The position numbers and the translations under genes are program-made. Under the pieces are notes generated by a model that was given only the letters and a program-made list of their open reading frames with translations, was not told where the DNA came from and did no database searches. A stretch of 64,000 nucleotides of DNA from Amoebophrya sp. A120 (lineage: Eukaryota > Protista > Dinoflagellata). The stretch spans positions 256,717 through 320,716 of the forward strand of contig CAJINV010000025.1 of assembly GCA_905178155.1 (NCBI GenBank), read 5' to 3'. The first letter of the stretch is position 1. Every line of letters begins with the position of its first letter. This document shows positions 42,901 through 52,946 of the stretch, piece by piece.

Positions 42901-44663
42901 TGTGATGCAGATTCTGGAACAGACAAAAATCTGTATTGCGGAGCCAGCAGAAGATGCGCGAATCTTGTCTCCAGCAGAAGGCATGTCGCATGCAGACCAG
43001 GCATCATGGAGAAATAACCTCCGGAGAGTTTGTCATGCTCTGCGCGTATTCAAGACCTTTTTTCAGATGCAAAAACTGCATGACAATTTGTCGCAGCCCC
43101 AGACATGTTTGAAGTGCATATCACTGCCTTCGGGCAGAAGTTCCGCGATCCGGCTGACGCGGACAACAAGATGGTGGCGGAGCTGACGAAAATCGGGAAG
43201 GACATGCCGTTATCCACTGCAAAAGTATCGTACTAGTAGAAATCGCATGCCAAGTTCCTCAGCATGAGGAATGACATCTGTAATGCGGATTTGACTTAAC
43301 CGAAATAAAATTTGTAAATGCATAAATGCGATTAGTACCAGTGCGATACTTTTGCAGTTCATAACCCTTTCCCTGCACCGTGGGCAACACCATGACGACC
43401 GATGATTACTACCTCGGCCAGGGTCGCTTAGACGGTGCTTTGCTGCCCCCCGGTCATTTCAACCTCTCGTCTGGAGGCGGACGCGGAGGTACCAGCCCAG
43501 GCGATTATCAAATGCAAAAGCATCGTACTAGTAGTAACCGCATTTACAAATTTGCTAAGCATGACAGAAGGAATTTCTCATGCTGATTTACCTTGAGAAA
43601 GAGATTTGTCATGCATAAGTGCGATTACTACGAGTGCGATACTTTTGCACAGGATAGCGATGGTGCAGCAGCGATGAATACTAGCGAGATGAACCTCATC
43701 GACGAAAAACAGCAGAAGGAGTGGTTCGTGAAGCTGCACGAAAAACACGGAATCGTGAATATGGAGATGGAAGCCACGGGCATCTTAGCGTTTTTCCAGC
43801 GCTTGAAGATTCCCGCCGCGGTCATCGCAGTTGCGTTGCTGAATCGGTACAACGGTGACCATATCAAATGCAAAAATGTCTGGGTCTGGAAGATTCTGAG
43901 GCTTGTCATGCATGTTTCACATGACCCAGGATGTCTGTAATGCACGACCTAGCATCACAGATTTTTAGAGGGCTTACTGCTGCCTACTCCGCATGACAAA
44001 CACCCTCCCCGCGTAGCAAAAACTAGACTGCTCTTGCTAGTCATGCAATACAGACGTTTTTAGAGTCCAAAGTTCGCATCACAAGTTCCAGACCCAGACA
44101 TTTTTGCATTTGACAGACCAGCACGAGGTTTCCCGGGAGCAGATCAAGGCGTATTCGGAGCGGCACTTGGTATCGCAAGAAAAAAGTGTTACAGTTACAC
44201 ACATAGTCTATGCAAGACCGGCAACACAGACAACCTTTCTCATGCAGGAAATGCTTGGGATGAACCTCGATTCCTTCCTGTTTTCCCTTATGATCTTCGC
44301 ATTACAAGTTTTCTCTGCAGCCACGCAGAGAAAATTTGTGTTGCTGAAGTTACAACAAATGTGTATCTGTGAGCACTTTTTTCTTGTGATACTTGGCCCT
44401 GGCCATGCAGTACCTGCACCAGCGCACCTTTGCTATGCAGCAAAAAAACTGTGTAAGTGTAAATTTGTGTTGCAGAACATGCAACAGAGTTACACCTGTC
44501 ATGCCAGACAGCCACGAAGTCCTCTTTTACTGTGTGTTTTCCCTTACAAGCCACGCATGACAGGTTTTCTCTGTCATGTAGAAGAGCAAATTTGTAATGC
44601 TGTTTCTCAAAGAAAGTTACACTTACACACTTTTTTTCCTGGATATTTGCGGTGTTGAAATGA
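39952..44663 (+). CDS. UPP: Uridine phosphorylase, tandem copy 2; 14 introners in CDS
   Basis: Near-identical to 30016-34836 (offset 9911 in core); TGA at 44661-44663. Confidence 0.9.
39982..44115. mobile_element. Twelve introners shared with UPP copy 1: 39982-40233, 40543-40796, 40841-40995, 41242-41563, 41602-41936, 42011-42218, 42298-42541, 42596-42819, 42865-43120, 43211-43363, 43506-43656, 43862-44115
   Basis: Same sites, families and TSDs as in 30046-34204. Confidence 0.9.
44171..44391. mobile_element. Introner, family D, same site as 34260 but a different element
   Basis: TSD CTTGG. Confidence 0.88.
44434..44645. mobile_element. Introner, family D3, absent from UPP copy 1
   Basis: TSD TTTGC; single TTTGC at 34819-34823. 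Confidence 0.92.
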
Positions 44664-46286
44664 TTGAAGCTACAATTTGAAGAAAAAACTACTTCTAAAA
44701 GCGTACTATTTTTTTTCTTTGTGAGCCACCAGCAGGGGAATTAGAATTTTTCATTCCATACGCAAACTTCAATAAATTGGCTATACGAACTGAATCTTAT
44801 CAGACACTACGTACAAGAAGTAGAAAAGGTGGCAGGAGCTGCACGGTGAGAACGGAAACTAGTATTTCCTTACGACCCACCGACCAGAGATTTGTGGATG
44901 AATCTAGGCGCAATGAAAGACTTCTGTTGCGCCTGATGAAATGCAAGAGCAAGTCCGATGTTGCTGCAAGACTACAACGCGATCTTTTTTATCTTTTATT
45001 TTTCTGTTTGTGGAGGACGATCATATTTGATTCACTTATTTCTTTTCATTTGATTGTGTTTACAACAACCGAGGATGTTGACGCTCCAAATCCAACCCCG
45101 CCCTAGATAAAGAGAAGACGAAGGAAGCAGGTGGTGACGATAGATAAAGCGACATTTCGAATGATGCAAAGCTCGACTTTGTCGTGCACAAAGCAACTGT
45201 CTTTTTTGAAGATGTAATGGAAAGAACTTTTATCGCAGGAAGATGTAATGCAAACAACTTTTATCATTTGCGAAAAAATGGAGAAAAGCGAAGATGATCG
45301 CTCGTATAAATAGATATGAAGACCTACTACAGGCCTTTATCCAGTGCAAATTCATTTGTCGCGCAGAGTCTTCCAAGTAGGCGCGCGCGCATGTTCATCT
45401 CCGGAAATCCGGACCCCCACGTAGAAGGGTCTGCAAAAGTGAACGCCTGATCTACTTGATATCGAATGCAAATTATATGTCCGGGTCTGGAACAAAAGTT
45501 CTGTGGCGCTCCTGTTTTTGCATGACACAGAGGGTCTGGTATGCAAGATGTAGCATCTTCTTCACAGGTTTTGAGAAGATGGAGCAAAAGCAATACCTAA
45601 TTCGCAAGACAAATCCTCACTTTCGGTGAAACAAGATGAGCAACTTTTGCGGTCCATGCGTGCCAGATCATTTTTGCGTGACCTAAAATGCGCGGTAGAA
45701 GTTTGCACGAATGATCCAGACCCAGATATTAAGTGCATTTACAAAAAGGTCAAAAAAGGTCAGTGTAGTCGTCAAATGGCTCCTGCCGCGACGGCCCGTG
45801 GAGGTCGTGGGGCTATTACTTTCTTAGGTCACGTGAACAAGAAGAAAAACGAACTTATTCTTCCATCAAGATCACGGCTCTTCTTCCTCTATCAAAAGGA
45901 TCCCCTCTACTTACACGATAGCAGGAAAGTATAAACTACAGCACAGCTATAGTTGTAAAAGCAACAGATCCAGAATAAAGTAAAAAAGAGTATCGACTTG
46001 GAGCGCAAAATCGAAATCTGAATTAAACCGAAGGCAATATTGAGAAATTGAAACAGGATTCACTTCTTCATTTTCAAAACTACAAGTAGTTCTAGTTCAC
46101 CTGAAGCCCACTTCTATCACAGAAATTGAGGTTTGAGCTGCACCCTTTTATAACTTCCTACCTCGCGACAAAAAATAAGGGCGACGTGTGTGATCTTCGA
46201 ACAGCTAAATAAATTTTGTTGCGCCGTTTTATTTGTCCCCCTCGGACAGCTGTATTAAACTACAAGCTAGCACAAGTAGAAAATAA

Positions 46287-46398
46287 ATGATGGTGGGACA
46301 ACTACTTGCAACGCGAGGAGATGAAAAGTCTGCTGCGCCCCCTCTCGGTTGTACTGGCAGCTCTGCTAGCGGTTTCCATGTTCATGCGGTGAAGAAGA
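46287..46398 (+). pseudogene. Truncated 5' end of a DUF285 gene copy; a second short copy of the same leader lies at about 47544-47597
   Basis: MMVGQLLATRGDEKSAAPPLG..GFHVHAVKK matches 36060 and 52947, then homology stops abruptly. Confidence 0.6.
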
Positions 46399-47296
46399 TG
46401 TGTTTCGCTTCGACGTGTCCTTGGGGGACAGCGGATTGCCTTGCCCGGTGTGAGGAGGGGAGGAGCTCGTTGTACAACAACTTCTACATAGGGAGATGAA
46501 AAACTACAACGGACCGACTGGAAAATTCACGAAATCCAGATCAATACAAGTTTTCTTTTGCACTCAAACTTCGACGATACCCTGACCTTGATAAAATTTC
46601 TTGATACCAAAAAATAAAGAATACAGCTCACCAAACCCAATTGGCAAATGCATGCTTCATGCTTCTTTGAGTTTAGAAGTTGACAACTCATTTTCTACTT
46701 CGGAGCAACATGGACCGTTTCCGTTTCCGCAAGCATACGAGCAAACTTGTACAATTTGAACACAGCCCCTGGGTTTTTTTACGAATGAAAATAATCCAAG
46801 ATTCAAAGCCACTTGATAGATTGTAGACGAACACGAGAAACATGATTATTAGCACCGCTGGGGGTTGCAATGTACCTGTAGAATTTCATTTATGTGAAGC
46901 CAGGAAAAGGAATAGAAGAATCATCTGATGTAGCGATTAGGAGAGCTCTGGGCTTTTCAACAGCGACATTCGTAGTTTTGTTCCTTGTCGTTCTTGTCTT
47001 CCGCCGGCGTGTTTTTCAACCGTGTTGGTTTGTTTGTTGTCTTGAACAATCTACCTCTTTATTGGAGAGAATTTCAATTTACCTTCCCTACAGACTTGCT
47101 CTTATTGCAAGCGACTTGCGCGGGGAAAAACCGCCAGCACGCACAGGTCAGAACATCATCAACAGTTCGGTGTTGTACTAGTGAAAGATCTTTCATCTTG
47201 TGCTCGGAACTTCTACCTAGGAATACGAATACCACCTTGAGTTTCTTGATTACACCTACATAATTCAAAAAGTATAAAGAAAACAAGAAATGCCAC

Positions 47297-47512
47297 TATG
47301 GCGTTCTCAACTGTTACATTCTCAACTGTTACATGATTTGTCATGCAAAACTACAATCAGAATCGGCACGGTCAAGCTGCTTTGCATGACAAATTCTTGA
47401 AGGGCCAAACAGGCTGAGAAATTGTTCCAAATCTGTCATGCAAGACGCGCAAGGTCACCCCGTCCACTTTTTCCATTCTTGCATCACAAACTCGTGTAAC
47501 AGTTGAGAATGT
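47297..47512. mobile_element. Truncated family H element
   Basis: tatggcgttctcaactgttaca..tgtaacagttgagaatg; right end and TSD lost. Confidence 0.65.
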
Positions 47513-47599
47513 CGTCTTGTATAAATAACATAAAAACACTTAGTCTCGGTACTAGCAGCTCTGCTAGCGGTTTCCATGTTCATGCGGTGAAGAAGAAAC

Positions 47600-49770
47600 C
47601 GCAGACTAGCTTCAATTTCCCGGGAGGCGGCGGGGGAGGAACCTCGAGAGACGGAAATTTAGAATTAATTTGGATAGTAAGTTGAACAAGATGAACTCAG
47701 TTGTGCTTGTGGACTTCAACACCATAATTCGATGTATTAACTACCGCATCTTGATCTTCCTCTTCGTTTGTGCAGCTGCTGCATGCAAATAGCGAACAAC
47801 CCGAAATCAGATGCGTACTGGTACTAGGTCGTGAGGACCACATCAATCAGCACCAAAACAAAAGATTAAAGATTCAATCATACCTCCGCCGCTTCCTCCT
47901 CCCCAGCGGGTGGCGCTGGTGGGTCTAACGTCTTGAAACTGACCTCGGCCTGGGGGTAGATCAGTTCCCAGAGGTAGGATCCGTTCGGCAGCTTATCCGC
48001 GCAGTTCTCCTCTATTACCCCGAAAGCGGACGCCATAGCCTGGGCGCAACCCACGTCTTGCGTGGGCTGCACGTACATGCAGGCGGGCATGCGCAGGTAT
48101 TTTGGCTGTGGCTCAGCCTCGTCGCCTGGATATTTTTTGACGGAGCGATTGTTTATTTTGCGTCGCGAGATTTTGGTTTCGGAGCGAATAATTGCATCAG
48201 AAAAAAATTGAAATTCAGCACGTCGCATCGGACGACTTCTCCGTACAACTGCATTTTCTACAACTCTTTCTCCAGCGAACAGAGCACGAAACCGCAATAA
48301 ACGGAGTACAATGAATACCGTCTGCCGGCGGCTTTGGCACAGGGACGCCCAGCTCCTTGTACATATCGGACTGTTTGCAGTTCTCCAGAAACGCAACCAT
48401 GCAGGACTTCGAGTAAGACTCGCCTCGCGGGGCCAGCCACTCGTCATACTGATCTTGCGTGCTTTTCCCCTCGCTGGCCTGCATTTTTATTTCATCCAAA
48501 TAAGGAGCACATGAATCTTATTGAACGCAATGAGTAGTAGTGAGGACCACTTCCTGTTCCTGCGTCCTTTTCTTTGCTATTGCTGGTGCGCGTTCTTGAA
48601 CATGACTATGTATGAGGATGAAAGAATATGAAAATGAACTAGAACCTTGCATGACAATAAAAATGAAAATCACGAAGATGTATGAATAACTAGATCGCAC
48701 CAGCGGGGCCGGGGCTGCATCTCCGCCCGCACCTTCCTCCTCGCCTCCAGCACCTCCAGGTATGGCATTCTCAAATGTTACATTCTCAACGTCAACTCTT
48801 ACAACATGAATTTGTAACGCAAGACTGGCAAAATTGGAAGGAAGAAGATTGCGCCTTTTGCATTACAAGTTTGGCGCAGATTTAGATGCTGTCTAGCCCT
48901 CCCGAAATTTGTCATGCGAAGCAGCTCGATCATCTGGATCTGCCGGCTTAACAAGGTGCTTTTGCATGACAAATTCATGTAACAGTTGAGAATGTAACGT
49001 TTGAGAACGCCATACCAGGTGGCTCCAAGGTATGTCCCGCAGTCTTCACGTGCGTGACCCGGCGCCAGGCCGTGGTTCGCTCGGCTTATGCATTGCAAAA
49101 GGTAATCGTATAAATGCATTACAAATTTCCTCAGCATGAGAGATAAAATTTGTAATGCTGATTTACCTTAAGAGAAAGATTTGTAATGCATGATTGCAAG
49201 ACGAGTACGATACTTTTGCACAGGATACGGCTACCCCCTTGTCGATTTTCTCCGCGCCACCATTTGACAGTGCACAACCCCCCCTCCCCCTCATTTGTCA
49301 TGCAAAATGCCTAATTTGCGCCTTGGCTCTTGGCACTGTTTGCATGACAAGTTCGGGCAGCCCAAATAGCACTACACTCCAGCGCAAATTTGTCATGCAA
49401 AACCGGCACTCTTGCTGATGCTTGTATTGCCGTTCATGCCATACAAAAGAGGAGGAGGGGGACTTGTGCACTCTCATACTCCATTTGACCACACCGGAAA
49501 GTCGGCATCGAAGAAAGAACCCGGGCTCTGCTTCACGTTGATTTTGTCCACCACATTCACGTCGGGGTAGTACGACTCGACAAAATTGAAGCCCCAGTTG
49601 ACTTGATCGATCGCTTCCGCATCAAATTCCGGGTACAGCCGCGGCGCCAGGCTCCTGGTCGCCGGCTCGAAGGCGGCAACTTCCTCGGGGGCGGGGACCT
49701 CGTCCGGCGCGCGGGCCTCAAAGGTGGAATTCGCCTCCAGCTCGGCGGCGCCGCCACCTTTCGGCGGCAT
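47600..49770 (-). CDS. 5' part of an androglobin/calpain-like gene, apparently truncated; 3 introners plus probable GT-AG introns
   Basis: MPPKGGGAAE..RLYPEFDAEAIDQVNW..SFFDADFPVW..TAWRRV..SYLWELIYPQ resemble androglobin-type N-terminal/calpain motifs as recalled, not searched; frame continuous across introners 49263-49478, 49087-49227, 48761-49014. Confidence 0.5.
48761..49014. mobile_element. Introner, family H (TIR TATGGC.TTCTCAAA.GTTACATTCTCAAC), in minus-strand gene
   Basis: TSD CCAGG. Confidence 0.9.
49087..49227. mobile_element. Introner, family B, in minus-strand gene
   Basis: TSD CGGCT. Confidence 0.9.
49263..49478. mobile_element. Introner, family E, in minus-strand gene
   Basis: TSD CACCA/CTCCA. 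Confidence 0.87.
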
Positions 49771-49828
49771 GGTTTAATACGTGTACAACGCGTAAAAGTT
49801 TTGAAACTTTGACAATACTCAAGTAGCC

Positions 49829-50117
49829 NNNNNNNNNNNNNNNNNNNNNNNNNNNNNNNNNNNNNNNNNNNNNNNNNNNNNNNNNNNNNNNNNNNNNNNN
49901 NNNNNNNNNNNNNNNNNNNNNNNNNNNNNNNNNNNNNNNNNNNNNNNNNNNNNNNNNNNNNNNNNNNNNNNNNNNNNNNNNNNNNNNNNNNNNNNNNNNN
50001 NNNNNNNNNNNNNNNNNNNNNNNNNNNNNNNNNNNNNNNNNNNNNNNNNNNNNNNNNNNNNNNNNNNNNNNNNNNNNNNNNNNNNNNNNNNNNNNNNNNN
50101 NNNNNNNNNNNNNNNNN
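49829..50117. other. Assembly gap (N run)
   Basis: Run of n. Confidence 1.
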
Positions 50118-51371
50118 GACGCCTCGAACTTCAACGGTGATCTCAGCCGCTGGGACGTGCGTTCTGTTACAGACATGAGCCATATGTTCCGTGGCGCCCA
50201 GAATTTCAACAGGGATCTCAGCAGATGGAACGTGAGTGCTGTTACAGACATGAGATCGATGTTCGAGGACGCCTCGAACTTCAACGGTGATCTCAGCCGC
50301 TGGGACGTGCGTTCTGTTACAGACATGAGCCATATGTTCCGTGGCGCCCAGAATTTCAACAGGGATCTCAGCAGATGGAACGTGAGTGCTGTTACAACCA
50401 TGAACGGTATGTTCGCGCACGCCTCGACCTTCAACGGGGACCTGAGCGAATGGAAAGTGAGTGCTGTTAGAGACATGGGCTGTATGTTCGATGGCGCCTC
50501 GACCTTCAACGGTGATCTCAGCAGATGGGACGTCAGTGCTGTTAGACACATGTACTCTATGTTCCAGGGCGCTTCGACCTTCAACGGGGACCTGAGCCGA
50601 TGGGACGTGAGTGCTGTTACAAGCATGACGGCGATGTTCTCCGGCGCCTCGACCTTCAACGGGGACCTGAGGAAATGGACCGTGAGTGCTGTTACACACA
50701 TGCAATTTATGTTCCAGGGCGCTTCGACCTTCAACGGGGACCTGAGCCGATGGGACGTGAGTGCTGTTACACACATGCAATTTATGTTCCAGGGCGCTTC
50801 GACCTTCAACGGTGATCTCAGCAGATGGGACGTCAGTGCTGTTAGACACATGTACTCTATGTTCCAGGGCGCCTCGACCTTCAACGGTGATCTCAGCAGA
50901 TGGAACGTGAGTGCTGTTACAGACATGTCTTTTATGTTCCGTGGCGCCTCGACCTTCAACGGGGACCTGAGCGGATGGGACGTGAGTGCTGTTACAAGCA
51001 TGAGCAGTATGTTCGAAGGCGCGCGGAATTTCAACAGGGACCTGAGCGGATGGGACGTGAGTGCTGTCCAAGATATGAGAAACCTGTTTTTCGAAGCGAG
51101 CACATTTAACCAACCCATTGACGCATGGGGAGAGAAGATTGCGCTTGGGACGGATTTGTCGGGGATGTTCGGCGCGCATGTGAACAACCCTGGCACTGCG
51201 TTCAACCAAAGCTTGAGAAGCTTTGAGCCGTTGATCAGCGAAGCCTCCACTCGCACCTACAAAGATATGCTCTTGGGCGCGACGAGTTTCGATTGGGGTG
51301 CAAACTTCAGCGAAAATTTTTTATCACAGCGGGAAGGGCAGGAGGTGTTGAGGCTACTAGGGCGAAGATAA
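50118..51371 (+). CDS. DUF285/BspA repeat protein, copy 2, 3' part (5' end in gap or displaced)
   Basis: At least 12 tandem 75-bp/25-aa repeats; C-terminus and 3' flank almost identical to copy 1. Confidence 0.85.
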   Translation, partial: DASNFNGDLSRWDVRSVTDMSHMFRGAQNFNRDLSRWNVSAVTDMRSMFEDASNFNGDLSRWDVRSVTDMSHMFRGAQNFNRDLSRWNVSAVTTMNGMFAHASTFNGDLSEWKVSAVRDMGCMFDGASTFNGDLSRWDVSAVRHMYSMFQGASTFNGDLSRWDVSAVTSMTAMFSGASTFNGDLRKWTVSAVTHMQFMFQGASTFNGDLSRWDVSAVTHMQFMFQGASTFNGDLSRWDVSAVRHMYSMFQGASTFNGDLSRWNVSAVTDMSFMFRGASTFNGDLSGWDVSAVTSMSSMFEGARNFNRDLSGWDVSAVQDMRNLFFEASTFNQPIDAWGEKIALGTDLSGMFGAHVNNPGTAFNQSLRSFEPLISEASTRTYKDMLLGATSFDWGANFSENFLSQREGQEVLRLLGRR

Positions 51372-52946
51372 ACTTCTAAAGATCCTTGCTTTTGGTTTTG
51401 TCTCCTCTCGCCTAAAGCAGCGCGAGGTCCTCTAGTTTTCTGTAGATCGCTGTTGCTATACTCCGTCGCCCCCTGGGCTAAACAGACACTTTTGTTTTTC
51501 CACAATATCAGGAACGATCTGCATTAAAGCAGCCACGACCTAGAGGCAGCTCTAGTAGCAGCTCAGAACTTTTTACTAGACTAATCGGTCGCACTTGTAA
51601 AGTTGTAGAAGTCCAAGAACTCTTCATGTATCTATATGTGCAATCTATAAACCGCTCACTTTGCCCTGCTTGCATCTACAGCCTACGAGGAAGAAGGAAT
51701 TATGATGTTACAGCATTCGGATCAGCAACGGGAATGGGCTACGGTGCTTCTTACACTTTTCTTTCTGGAAAAAAGTCACTGCTTTCGTAATCCTGGGAGG
51801 TGATGCAATGAAGAAAAAAAGAAACACTGGAATGGAAAGAAGTATTTTTCCTTGTATAATAATTGGTGGAGATGATGTGTGATTGGTGTATTGAAAAAAA
51901 AAAAACAGCCAGATGTGTAGAGCAAGATGGAAGCGAAGTCGTCGTTGGACTCATACACTTGTTCAAAACTTGTTCTTTGTTGTTGATATATTCATCAGCT
52001 TTGAAGTTTGTTCTTTTTTTTGAGTTCCAAGTAGGCGCGCGCGCATGTTCATCTCCGGAACCACATGCAGAAGGGTCTGCAAAAGAGAACGCCTGAACGT
52101 CATATACATATTATCGAATGCAAAGTTATTATACTCGTGTCTGGCGCTCCTGTTTTTGCATGACGCAGAGGATCTGGTATGCAACGCCTAGCATCTTCAC
52201 AGGTTTTGAGAAGATGGACATGAAGCATTACCTAACTCGCATGACAAATCCTCTCCTTCGGTGACACAAGATGAGCAACTTTTTCGGCCCATGCGTGCCA
52301 GATCATTTTTGCGTGACCTGAAATGCGCGGCACAAGTTTACACGAATGATCCAGACCCAGATATTAAGTGCATTTGCAAAAAGGTCAAAGAAGGTCAGTG
52401 CAATCGTCAAATGGCTGTCGCGACGGCTCCTGGAGGTCGTCGGGCTATTACTTAGTGAACTGAACAAGAAGAAAACAAGGTCGCGTGAACAAGAAGAAAA
52501 ATGAATTTAATCTTCTATCAAGATCACGGCTCTTCTTCCTCGGTCAAAAACCTCCCCTCTACTCACACGACAGCTGGAAAGTATAAACTACAGCACAGCT
52601 ATAGTTGTAAAAGCAACAGATCCAGAATAAAGTCAAAGCAACAGAAGATCGACTTGGAGCGCAAAATCAAAATCTAAATTAAACCGAAGGCAATATTGAG
52701 AAATTGACGCAGGATTCACTTCATTTTCAAAACTACAAGTAGTTCTAGTTCACCTGAAACCCACTTCTATTGCAGAAATTGAGGTTCATCGAGCTGCGCC
52801 CTTTTATAATTTTCTACCTCGCGACAAAAAGTGACTGAGGACGACGCGTGTGATCTTCGAACAGCTAAGTAAATTTTGTTGCGCCGTTTTATTTATCTCC
52901 CTCGGACAGTTGTATTACACTACAAGGTAGCACAAGTAGAAAATAA

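Noticed and set aside
49557-51256. Long minus-strand ORFs over DUF285 repeats (also 37106-37806 and 54697-55763)
   Set aside because: Antisense shadows of the repeat CDS; two of them run through the N gap
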